DNA from: Priapulus caudatus
Lineage: Eukaryota
Length of the DNA stretch: 51,417 bases
Assembly: GCF_000485595.1 (NCBI RefSeq)
Contig: NW_014577066.1
Coordinates: 1-51,417, forward strand
Direction of reading: 5' to 3'
Shown here one piece after another: positions 21,301 through 32,570 of this stretch (its first letter is position 1; every line of letters begins with the position of its first letter). The notes beneath the pieces were generated by a model, which was given only the letters and a program-made list of their open reading frames with translations, did not search any database and had not been told where the DNA came from. Both the position numbers and the translations under genes were made by a program.

Positions 21301-24300
21301 GAGCGTGCGTGTTTGTACACACACGCGTGCGCATGTGCATCTGCGAGCATGTCTACACATATCTACTAGCTTTTTACCTATACCTGGTAGCCACACGTGT
21401 GTGCACGCATGCTGCATATACATTCCCTGAAACATATGCTCTCACGCCAACCTTTTCACCGGGTAACACGACAGTTTATGCATAGACTTCATGATATATC
21501 AACTGTTCACAATCCACGACCTCGATTAGTGAAACGAAATTCGAAAAGTTCCTCAGACAGTAACCGTCTATGCTCGCTCTGACAAAACGCAGAACGTATA
21601 ATAGTTAACAATTTACATAAGTGTGTTCGCATCGCGTGCAGCACGACGACTAACGGCGAGTTCGTTGGCGAGTCTCGCGGCAGCTTGCTACCTGTACGAG
21701 CGGGACGACGACGAAGCGTTGATGCGCGATCCGGATCCGGTGCGCATCTGCGGATAAGCTGCCGCCAACACGAGCGGGTCGTCCTCGTAGCAAAACCGAC
21801 CGATCGTTCTCACGTCGATGAAGCAGCCTTTCGCCGACACCTGAGAATTGCAGGAACGATCGCACGATCACTCGAACGTTTATTCTGCCAGTAGCAGTAT
21901 TACGCTATTATACCAAGTATTGAATATGCAGTACACTTCGAAATGCACTGCTACACTGTTGCATGATAACACTCAGAAGCGAATATCACAGCTGTTTTTT
22001 TGTTGATGGAAAACTATAAATTGCTTACATCATAGCAAACAACAAAGCATATGTAGATCTCGCCACAGCAGACACTGTTAAAAATTTTATCAATTGCGAT
22101 TCATAATTTACGTTTTTATTGCGATTTTGAATGCTGCACTGAAACATTAGATTGTGACCTGGTGACCTTATTGACCTACTATGTTCTTCTCTATTTATGG
22201 AGCGCATTGCAGTCTGACAGGATGTATAATCCTGAAAAGTTAACTAGATTATGACAATTATCTTAGTAAATGACAAATCAGTAAGAAAACACAGGAAATG
22301 TCATGGAAACACGCACGCACGCACGCACGCACACACACATGTGACCCGCTCCAGCAAACCCAGGATTAAGTAGGAAATTCTACAAATTGAGTTATGTGCA
22401 TATCTGAATAGATTATTTAATTATACCTTGAAAATGATATATAATATTTGGCTATATCTAATGAATTGACCGATCTACAGCAATTTGAAGATCGGAAACC
22501 GACTTATTCCGGAATATGCAGCTTTTGAGATAAGCGTTCCGGGTAAGGGGCCCAGTCGGGGATAAGCGGTCAGGGGCCGGTCTAAAGGGATTTTTTTTCT
22601 TTTATTAAAAATGACCATAATAATCTAGAGATATCTGAACCTATATATCCGGATTAAATATGCACTTAGGAACTTATTTTTGTCCAGGTAGGCCATTTTC
22701 AGCATTGACATGTGTGCGTGCTCATTACTCAAAACAATGACTTGCGACTTAGTCCGTATTATGCTGGAGCGGGTCACATATTATATCAGTATATCAGCCT
22801 TATAATTGGACGCCGGATGAACAGGTTGATGAGGAGTGAGCACCTGGAATATGTGGATGGTCTGGTGCTGTACTGAGAGCACGGCGAGAGTGTCCTTGTA
22901 CAGGTAGAGTCCCTGGTTGTGCGACAGGAAGATCTTGTCGCAGCGAAAGCGCCGGCTGTCACACAGGGTTCCGGAAGAAAGCTCTGCAGCATCGCAATCC
23001 ACGAATGAACAACTGATCGTTCCACTCACAACACGCACTCCGGGCACACATTATCACCCGGCCACTACGCATCACTTACAAATTTGAAATAGAGAGAAAC
23101 AACTGAAATCAGTGAAGGCACAACTATGTAGGATGATATGGAGACTTGACGTGAAGAGCGATGCTGCAGTAACTACTCAACTACACAATCAGGATATTTG
23201 ACGGAATGCTAACTTGACAGAACGTTGCACAGAGCGCCCCTACTACAGGTACAACAGTCGTAACCATGCAGTGACCCTCAGTCAATGACATGAACTGACC
23301 TAACCTGACCTGAACTGGGAATCGATCCAATTTCAACCATAACTCGTAAACGTATTTTCTAATCATTCTAGGAAACAAGTCTGAAAATCCAGCCAGTTCG
23401 TATTTTCGAAAATTTCGATTTTCTATTAGATAATAACCCAACGGTAAAATCTATAAAAATTAGCGAGTCCTGCCGAAAAGTGACCACTCCCAGACGGTGA
23501 GACGTGTCGCTATTTCCAACACTAATCCGATGTCGAAAACGCATTTCAGCACCACCGTTATGGTGTGATGAGACACCCCTAACCACAAGAAAAATCCTGA
23601 GCGGACAGCCTTGCAACCCAACCTGACCGCACCCTGACCCGATGCGACCCGACCCGACGTGACCCGACCCAACCCGACCCGACGTGACCGGACACGACCC
23701 GACCCAACCCAACCCGACCCGACCTGACCCGACATGCGTACCTATCAGGTGTAGCGCGTAGTCCTCGAGCGGCGAGCGCTGGCTCGGCGACACTGACTCG
23801 TTGTTCTGGTACATGTCGTAGAAGTGCGGGTAGGGGTCGTCGGGTACGTACATCGCGCAGCCAACGATCACGTGGCAGCCGTCGTCCGTGAACAGCGAGC
23901 ACTCGCGGTTGAGATGCTCGCCCGTGTGCGTCGCCACGGGCGTCGTGTGCGCGAGCCTAAAGAACCTGACGGCAGCGTCGCCATCGAGTTACGAGCGCGC
24001 GGGTTTGTGCGCGAATAAAATTGACTGTGCTACGAATTCTCTGGTGTATATTTTTTTTTATTTTGCTGCCATTTTTTTACATTAAAAGTAAGTACTAACG
24101 GGACTAAATGTATCGTCAAATTCTTACCTGATAAGATCGTTTCTCAACTAGTTAAAAATCCAAAAAACCTGGACGATTTGACATTATGATCCTGACATTA
24201 ATTGCTTGCTATGGGCTATGTATGAGTCACGAGAGTATGTTTACATCGAACAATATAGTAAAATAGGAAGCATAACGCAGCAATTTGACCATAAAAAGTG

Positions 24301-27300
24301 AACAGAATTACTTACATTTTGTGAAAAAGTGGAAATGGTTTTTTTAGTTTTACTATTTACGGTGACGTAATCACTTTAAGCGATGTCGTTAATTCAAAGT
24401 AATAACAGCCACAAGTTACCACGGTTGCGTAATTGAGTTTTAGGGTAAGAAATTTGATTAGTTTTACGGCACTCATTTTTAACAAACCTTTCAAAGATGT
24501 TGCTGCGTATGTCTATGGATCGCTGATCAGTGCCTTCGGCTGTACATTCACCATCCACACCTAACAGCATGTGTTCTGCAACCGCTGCTCCCTACAAGAG
24601 AAGAGCTTTCAAATTATCCAAGAGATAATTGTAAGACCAATACCGTTGTTTGAATGAAAATTGATGCAGCATGCAAAAACTATATATATATATGCACGCA
24701 GTCATATCATAAATGCTACACACAAATTTGTGATTCCTAACTTATATACATTTAAGTGACATGTGTAATATATATTATAGTGATAAATTTATAAGTGAAT
24801 GTATACACAAGTGACACGTAGTGTACGGGTGTACAAGTGTGTGTATCTGATTATGTTAAAAGCATTTTAGCTCAACAACCTGGTACTCATATATCTCCAA
24901 GGAGGTTTGGTCAGATGAAAAAGCAATGAAGTATCTCCCAGTTGGGCTGAACTTTCGCAAAAAACAAGGTGGTTTCTCAACATTAACAACTGTGAAGTTG
25001 GGAAAGACATTCTGGTGAAAAGACCGTGCAACGAGAAATTCTGTTCCTAGAAAATAAAAATGACAATAAGTGATGCTAGTGCCAATATATCAGCAAACAA
25101 CCCAAAATTTAGTACATTAATAAGCCATATCAGAAAGTCCCCGTCGCCATATTGAGATCAGATAAGAGGGGGTATAAGTTGCCTATAGTATATATAACAT
25201 GGTTAGGATAGTATAGGTCTAGTCTAGATTTTTGATCTATAATTCTCTTCACTAACATCGTACTTCAATTCACAGGTGCGTTTCTGCTTACAGAAACATT
25301 TACAAATATGATTGTGGTCATCTGGGATATTTTACAATGTTTGTGTGAATGCAAAAACTAAAAACGCACAAGTGTTTACATTAATCATATACTGTCCTAA
25401 GCGTGCCTGGCCATTTTATATTCCCTTTTTCTATGACCTAAATAGCACAGCTGGGCTTTTTGATATCACTTATTAAACACAACATTTGTGAATGTCTCTA
25501 ATTTTGAATACTTTATTACCTAACAATACAGTACCAACAGAATCTACATGGATCATAACATATCTATATACAACAAATTTCACTAGGATATATAAACTTT
25601 TAATTTTTTTTAAATAACGAGAGGCATAAAGGGCCGAGATCCAGGATTGCACAATATTAGATTCTTTATGTATCGAATACTTCATCTATCCAATGTCTTA
25701 TCAGGACAGCAACATTGTTCGTACAAACTTGCCTGCTCGAGCTACATCGGTCTCGCGTCTCCTCAAGCGGAAGATAATATTCTGGTTGGTTATCTTCCTG
25801 GGAGCGAGATTCGTGAACTCATTCTCCCACTGCATGGCATCCTAGAATATTTGTCGAAGGTCTCTGCACATGAGATCATTGAATTTGATGATAAATATAT
25901 TTAATAATTATATAATTTAAGTGGATAAATGCATTTTGACTTAGACTTAATTAGTGTAGTGACCTTCTAGTAGTGCTCATAGGGTCTATGTCCCCCAGGG
26001 TACTGCCGGGACGTACACTGGGTATGGTCCGCAGTGTTGTACGTCTCACGGCCAGTCTTGGCCTCGAGACCGGCCTCGAGACCGTTTTCCTTGGTCTCGG
26101 TCTCGGTCTTGGCCTCGGAGTGCAATGACTCAGACTCGGACTCGAGGACTCGGGTCAAAGCCGGCTCAAGGCCACTACATACATAGTACCAGGAGCGTAT
26201 AATGACAAAGGAGTAAGACAGCGATTTGGTACTGATTTCACTACATTTTTGTCGTACGAGTTCGATGTGAATAAAAATACAAATGTATACAAACATCATA
26301 ACATGAGCTTCTTTTGTTCACTGGTCCTTATATTCTATCTTCCGGTAGTATTACAAACCGCGTAGCTTCCTTCGTTTTGACATAAATCATACTTTTGCCC
26401 GACATGGTTTTCACGTTATTTACCGTCCGCTGGCGAGGCCACACTCTAAATTTGCACACACAGCTCTTCAATGAGCCACGGTAGGGATCGCGTCAGGCAG
26501 CGCCAGCGGCAACTGTACGCGGGCTAGAGATAACGGTTGCTATGCAATTAATGCAAAACACATGTGCGAAAAGCTACAATCGGCTGGAGCGTCAGTTTAC
26601 TCATAACAATTCATACACATCATTCCTCCGCGGGTGAAGTAGTTCAGATATTTTACCAGTGCAGCGTTTATTTTAAAAAAAATTGCGGGATGAAACTATA
26701 AACACAAGGCATTCTAACTATAGTTTAAATGTAAAATAGTTTTAATTTTTAAACCCAGCATGGGTGCAACGTAACTTAATTTCTAGGCGAATTTTCTGCA
26801 CTCGACTAGGCTACGGCCGAAAAGCCCTACCGTGGCTCATTGAAGAGCTGTGTGTGCAAATTTAGAGTGTGGCCTCGCCAGCGGATGGTAAATAACGTGA
26901 AAACCATGTCGTGCAAAAGTATGATTTATGTCAAAACGAAGGAAGCTACGCGGTTTGTAATACTACCGGAAGATAGAATAAGGACCAGTGAACAAAAGAA
27001 GCTCATGTTTGTATACATTTGTATTTTTATTCACATCGAACTCGTACGACAAAAATGTAGTGAAATCAGTACCAAATCGCTGTCTTACTCCTTTGTCATT
27101 ATACGCTCCTGATAGTACACAACTGTACATATTGTAACACGCAGTTTACAAGAATTTAAAACTAAAACTCCTAGGTTTTCTAGATACAGTGACACGGCCT
27201 AATCTTGTAACGTTTTCAATGGCTCGATTACGATTCTTGTCCCTTTGGTTTGAATCTGCTGTCACGTCGTCCCTTTGCGCTTTTTCTACCACTTCTTTCT

Positions 27301-28734
27301 CTTCTTCTACCACTTTGAACGTACTAGCACTCTCTGATTTGGTTCAACAAGCTGTGTCATTCTTGTAAAACACAAATGGATCCATTACTCTGACACGTTT
27401 CATATGACTCATGTCTCTGTGTTTTCGGCTGACTATACACTTTCGAATGTCTACGATTCACTGTTGCAATTTTTTCCCTTTTTTCCGATTTTTTTCCTTT
27501 TTCCCCCAATTTTTTCCCTTTTTCCGATTTTCTCCCTTTTTTTAATCAAAACTGGACTCGGACTCGGACTCGGGTGGTGTGGACTCGAACTCGGACTCGG
27601 GTGGTGCGAACTCGGACTTGGATTCAGGGGTGCGGACTCGGACGGTGCGGACTCGACTACAACACTGACGGTCCGGTATACCAGAACGTACCCTGGTACT
27701 ATCTAATATGCCAGACCGTACCTCGCCTACTCCACTAACGAGTCTAGGGAGTCGCCTACGTCTACTCCCTAACCCTAACCATAAGGCATAACCCTAACCA
27801 TATCATTATCAGTCCGTACCTAGGGTACGTTCCGGCAGTACCCTGGGGGATATAAACCCTATGAGCAGTACTATAGTATAGCCCTTCGCTCCGCAGCAGG
27901 GAGCGCTTCGCTCCTGCGGTGGAGCTAAGTCAAGTGCAACTGACAATTGAATTGTAAATTGTGAGTCTAAGACTAAGTTACGCTAAGAGGGTCAATGTAC
28001 CCCGGGGTACTGCCGGAACGTACCCTGGGTACGGTCTGGTATACCGGAACGTACCCTGGTAGTGGTACTAATAGTAATACACTAATACTAATAGTAATAC
28101 TACCCAGACTAATATGCCGAACCGTACTTCCCCTACTCCACTAACGAGTTTGGGTAGTAGGGAGTCGCCTACGCCTACTCCTTAACCCGAACCCTAATCC
28201 TAACCCTAACCCTAACCATATCAAATACTGACCAGGGTATGTTCCGGCAGTACCCTGCAGGGGGACATAGACCCTATGTCTATGAGTATGAGACCTTGCG
28301 AATTTTATTGTCTTTTGTTCATTCACAGGTCATAGTAATAGAATAAGATGTTATTCATATAAAAATTGTAAGCTATGGAATTTTCAGCAAGCACAGAAAG
28401 CCATTGAGGTTATATAGCAACTAACAGAGAAGTATGATCAAAATATTGTTTACGATTACAAGGGCGCTGCCATTTTTAACTGCTCTACCGGCAGCTTCTG
28501 ATGCGACCGCACACATTTTTAATGGCTGAAAGCTGAGATGAATCAAGCGTTTTACAGCAACGTTTCGATTAGTTTTTTGGTTTCACACCAGTTTTTAGCC
28601 GAAACGCATTATTATAAACTTCATCTCCCATTTGTACGCAGAATAAAAATATATATATGTATATATAATAAATTTATTTATACTTATATGGTGTAACAAA
28701 AGACAAAACGATAGCGTCAAACACTTACCGCCAT
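18193..28734 (-). CDS. DET1: DET1 homolog (De-etiolated 1; CUL4-DDB1-COP1 ligase component), gene span
   Basis: 11 exons sum to 1692 nt (563 aa + stop) with consistent phases. Motifs: [101 protein letters not shown]. Confidence 0.96.
19049..19240 (-). CDS. DET1: DET1 exon 10
   Basis: [64 protein letters not shown]. Confidence 0.96.
19963..20221 (-). CDS. DET1: DET1 exon 9
   Basis: [18 protein letters not shown]...SFFVVYNM...[15 protein letters not shown]...[12 protein letters not shown]. Confidence 0.95.
20250..20830. repeat. 14-bp minisatellite (ggtgacagagtact) in DET1 intron 8
   Basis: Directly visible; explains the [14 protein letters not shown]s. Confidence 0.92.
20894..21042 (-). CDS. 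DET1: DET1 exon 8
   Basis: [18 protein letters not shown]...[21 protein letters not shown]. Confidence 0.95.
21692..21840 (-). CDS. DET1: DET1 exon 7
   Basis: [31 protein letters not shown]...SRSYR. Confidence 0.92.
22341..22777. mobile_element. Unclassified MITE in DET1 intron 6
   Basis: at|GTGACCCGCTCCAGCA...TGCTGGAGCGGGTCAC|at, perfect 16-bp TIR. Confidence 0.75.
22844..22983 (-). CDS. DET1: DET1 exon 6
   Basis: [46 protein letters not shown]. Confidence 0.95.
23615..23733. repeat. (ACCCG/ACCCA)n pentamer microsatellite
   Basis: Directly visible next to the DET1 exon 5 donor. Confidence 0.88.
23742..23965 (-). CDS. DET1: DET1 exon 5
   Basis: [29 protein letters not shown]...[12 protein letters not shown]. 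Confidence 0.95.
24488..24591 (-). CDS. DET1: DET1 exon 4
   Basis: [35 protein letters not shown]; ttgtAG acceptor, GTTTGT donor. Confidence 0.9.
24880..25046 (-). CDS. DET1: DET1 exon 3
   Basis: [55 protein letters not shown]. Confidence 0.95.
25733..25841 (-). CDS. DET1: DET1 exon 2, ends in a GC donor
   Basis: [36 protein letters not shown] resembles human KPRRIQNQNVIHRLERRR; ttctAG acceptor, donor CAG|GCAAGT. Confidence 0.88.
26032..27667. mobile_element. hAT-type non-autonomous element
   Basis: CAGTGTTGTA...TACAACACTG; GGTCTC/GGACTC subterminal arrays; 8-bp TSD atggtccg / acggtccg. Confidence 0.8.
26190..27111. mobile_element. Long-TIR (foldback) element, 7-bp TSD, P/Galileo-like
   Basis: TIRs 26190-26486 and 26825-27111; CAGGAGCG...CGCTCCTG; ATAGTAC at 26183-26189 and 27112-27118. 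Confidence 0.88.
27988..28275. mobile_element. MITE with internal TAACCC repeats (copy 2, without the nested elements)
   Basis: agggtcaatgtaccccggggtactgccggaac...gttccggcagtaccctgcagggggacatagaccct; internal sequence matches copy 1. Confidence 0.75.
28729..28734 (-). CDS. DET1: DET1 coding exon 1 (ATG GCG)
   Basis: aatATGGCG|GTAAGT, phase 0, in frame with exon 2. An in-frame ATG inside exon 2 is an alternative start. Confidence 0.65.
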
Positions 28735-28812
28735 ATTGTATTGTGTCGGTAATACGCATGTGAACGAAACAACGCCGCGGCCATTTTGATTGCTCTAGAA
28801 AACTTGGTAAGT
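28729..28812. promoter_or_regulatory. DET1 promoter / 5' region with YY1-like motifs and an opposite-strand splice donor
   Basis: CGGCCATTTT at 28778-28787, CCGCCATATT overlapping the DET1 ATG, and TTG|GTAAGT on + at 28807. Confidence 0.5.
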
Positions 28813-29034
28813 TGTTGATGTTACTGACTACATTCTGTCAAACTCGTTATCATAGAATGTTTTTTTTTCGTTAAAGAAGAGAAATTATATTTATGTTTAA
28901 GAACTAACATTTCAACAATTTATTGCGGTGTGAAAACTATTTATGTAACTAAAGCTCATCTAAAGTTACAAAGCAGCGTGAGGGGTCAGCAGCGTGATTG
29001 TCACCAAGTACAGTCACTGTGTCTGTGCCACAGT

Positions 29035-29174
29035 CACTTGGAACGTCTCAATAAAATAAAAAAAATGTAAACACGAAATGTATTTACGACCAAAGTCTTA
29101 ATGTTTTTCTACTCTATTTCGGCTATTATTGCCAATAATTACCCGTAAATGCTGGTCAAATGCTCATCTGCAAC
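29035..29174. repeat. Dispersed repeat, copy 2 (inverted relative to 10-156)
   Basis: cacttggaacgtctcaataaaa...gtcaaatgctcatctgcaac. Confidence 0.8.
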
Positions 29175-29181
29175 ATGATAT

Positions 29182-29967
29182 CAAGAGCTAATAATACCTA
29201 GAGTGTACAACGGAAAAACGGGGAAATAGTGCTATTTCACGACTACATTATTCTACTTTGCCTGCGAGTCTAGAATAATTTCATGGTATTGCATTAAGCA
29301 GAATTCTTTGCTCTCTAAAACAAGACCAACCGCTTGTCAATACGATACTCCTAGGCGGAGATATTGGCTCGTAAACCTCCCCTCCCACATGCCAAACGCC
29401 GCCTCGAATCCACTTCTGCCAGCATCCTACACGCGGGTAAGCATTTTGGCTATCGGTTTCCGTCACCACTTGGAGCGCTGATAATTGATGTCATATGCCC
29501 AAATTTGGTACTGTTACTACACTTAGTAACTGAGCTGCGTTGAAAAAACTTGATGGAGCCGGCTCCATCATGACGGGCGTTAGCCGTGCTAGGAAAGATA
29601 ATGGAAGATAAGGGCATAGGCGATGCCCCCGAATGTCACCTATGATAACCGAAGCACCGTCCATTCATAAATTTATCGCGGAAAAACCGAACTTTCACGA
29701 AGCAACGCTTAGCCGCGTGTAGGATGCTGGCAGAAGTGGATTCGAGGCGGCGTTTGGCATGTGGGAGGGGAGGTTTACGAGCCGATATCTCCGCCTAGGA
29801 GTATCGTATTGACAAGCGGTTGGTCTTGTTTTAGAGAGCAAAGAATTCTGCTTAATGCAATACCATGAAATTATTCTAGACTCGCAGGCAAAGTAGAATA
29901 ATGTAGTCGTGAAATAGCACTATTTCCCCGTTTTTCCGTTGTACACTCTAGGTATTATTAGCTCTTG
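29182..29967. mobile_element. Long-TIR (foldback) element, 7-bp TSD, P/Galileo-like
   Basis: About 255-bp near-identical TIRs (29182-29436 and 29713-29967); CAAGAGCT...AGCTCTTG; ATGATAT at 29175-29181 and 29968-29974. Confidence 0.9.
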
Positions 29968-31908
29968 ATGATATTAGTATTACAACTACAACTACAAGTT
30001 ACAACTTACAAGTGAAGTACACTGCACGCCCGCCTTGTGCACAAACAACATGAATAAGAGAGCTGTAAATACATTTCATGTTTATTTACCATTATTATTT
30101 TTAATTGAGACGTTCCAAGTGCCTGTTGTCTGTGCAGCCGCCAGTCGGGTTTACTATCTGTGTACAACACCAACTCCGAAGTACTCAAACCTAACAGCTA
30201 ACTTGCGAATTCAGCTTTGGTGAACGTTCTGTTATGGTTTAATATTTGAGGCACTTGATAAGAAAACACTGGCTGCGAAAATAACACAATTCGAAGTACT
30301 CACACACGTCACAGGTTATTATTTAAATATTTTTCTTTTTACATGAGCTATTCCATGTAGTTTGTTATTCTTACTTAGTCCCGCAGTGGTTAAAGTCATG
30401 AAGCTGAGACGTTTCGTTAATTTTGAACATTACCATACTTGTAACAAACTTTGTGACACTACATGGAAGGGGGGGACAGGAGGCGGGGGTACGGGAGACA
30501 GGAGAGGAGGGGGCGGGAGACGGGAGAAAAGGGGGCGCCGAGAGGGAGTAGGGAGGCCAGTGGGTGGGAGGATTTTCATCCAAAACAAACTATTATACTA
30601 TGTTGTACGTGAGAGAGAGAAAGCGAGAGAGAATACTAAGTAGAGAAAAATAAAAGAAATTCATATTGCTCACCAGAAATAAATACATGAGAAAATACAT
30701 TGTACAGGATTAATACAATTATTACGCAAACTGTCGGAGAAACTAAGTGACATTCCAAAAAGAAAATGCAAAATATAAAGGATCCTGGAGGTGTTGAGGG
30801 AGGGAAATATGAGGACAGGGAGGGAGGCAGGAGGAAGACAATTCCCTGTACCCCCCCTCTACATGCATACAAATGTAGTTGGCTGGTTTCGTGTTTCTTT
30901 CCCTGAGCCTGTGCACCTGAAATGGGCAAACACAGAATTCATCGTCATTATTGATATCATACCAAAGTATAGATATTCTTTTGTTTGTTTAAGTGACATT
31001 CCTGTCCATCAAAATGTCAGTGCATCAAAGTTTACTCACTGTTTTTGCCATTGCCTTTTGTTAGATCATTCTTGTTTGTATACGCAGCATGTTACCTCTG
31101 GTACATAACCGACCATTAGTAACCGTAATTTGATGTGCTTTCACATCGATTTTTTTGGCTAAAAGAAGTAATACAAGGAACTTGTTAGTTGATTTACATT
31201 TGTTTTAATAAATGGATTGAACACTTATGTCTACGAATATTTACAATATCCTACGAATTTACAAATATCGTATATTTTTACGACATACTATGATAATAAA
31301 TGCACACGACATGAATTTAGCCCAGCTGAAATGATGCTGAGTGTTGCATAAACTAAAGTGATGTGGGTCTAAATGATACCTGAGCCTGAGGTCTGTGCAA
31401 GTACCTAAAAATGTGATAGTCAAGAGTGTTTTGGGTGGGGATCAATGCAGGAACGCATGCACCCCAGGAATAAATACAATCCTACACGAATGTATTTATG
31501 TTCACATACAATACAATGGTGTTTGCAATTCGATGGTTCTCTGTATGACCAGGATATAGGTTAGGCTGGCTGTTTAACGGTTTGGTATTTAGAGCATACT
31601 GTGTATTAAAGGCGATCAAATATATCACTTTAGTCTTTCTCTCAAGAATTTTAGTATGGGCGAATCTATGTTTTATATTTCAAATATAGTAGGCATAATT
31701 TCTAATTGTATCAATGAATTTTCTTAACCTGGGTGTTTAATGCAGGATAAACACAAACTCATTCATTCAGAATTATTAATTGCAATAATTTAATGCCAGT
31801 GTGTAGTGCATTATTAACCTGCAGCATCACCACCATTCAATCTTTGCTAGCATAGTAGAGCACAAATAAAAATAAAAAGGCTGAAGTTGTGTTTTTAAAA
31901 CATCTTAA

Positions 31909-32570
31909 AGGCATACAAGGCCCATTGGTTATGCAATGCTATGCAATTGAAGAATGCTAGAGTAACTGGCACCTTGTGTAGTTAATAAGTACATAACCTT
32001 ATAGCCAAACGCGTATTAGTTTGTCCAATATCACTGCTGGTTACAAAGAAATGTTTAATTGAAATCTGCAGTCCAAGAAATCAGTTGTTTACAGTTTCAA
32101 ACCGCTGCCAGCGAAGTGGGTGTGATACAGATTTATAGTGCACCAGACATTTTCGCACGCATGCTCGGCCATACGCAATGCTATCATCAGTGATTTTGTA
32201 AACACGGACGCTCATGATAAGGAACTTTTTGTCAGGGCTGTTCGTGATTAGTACGTGTGTTTTACTCCATTTTCATGTTTAGTCCGTGGCCGTGGTTACA
32301 CCGCTGACACCTCCATTTCATCTGGCTTCCAATACATACGGGCTGCACAAATGTTTACGTCATCGCTTGACTCCTGGATGACATTTACGGCACGTAAATG
32401 AATATCAACAACCGATTTCAAGTCTTGCTTGTAATGTAACCAGCAGTGATATTGGACAAACTAATATGTGTTTGGCTATAAGGTTATGTACTTATTAACT
32501 ACACAAGGTGCCAGTTACTCTAGCATTCGTCAACATTGCATAATCAATGGGCCTAGTATCTAGTATGCCT
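31909..32570. mobile_element. Kolobok-like MITE (TTAA TSD, AG termini)
   Basis: TTAA|AGGCATAC...GTATGCCT|TTAA with about 135-bp TIRs (31909-32045 and 32435-32570). Confidence 0.8.

Larger units (their letters stand above)
25968..27873. mobile_element. MITE with internal TAACCC repeats, interrupted by nested insertions (copy 1)
   Basis: About 60-bp TIRs: tagtagtgctcatagggtctatgtcccccagggtactgccgg... and ...ccggcagtaccctgggggatataaaccctatgagcagtacta. Confidence 0.75.

Noticed and set aside
25967..27112. Near-identical ORF segments on opposite strands ([18 protein letters not shown]...)
   Set aside because: A consequence of the long TIRs; no transposase motifs.
27765..28218. TAACCC runs as telomere or interstitial telomeric sequence
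   Set aside because: Only 2-5 degenerate units, lying inside two copies of a MITE.
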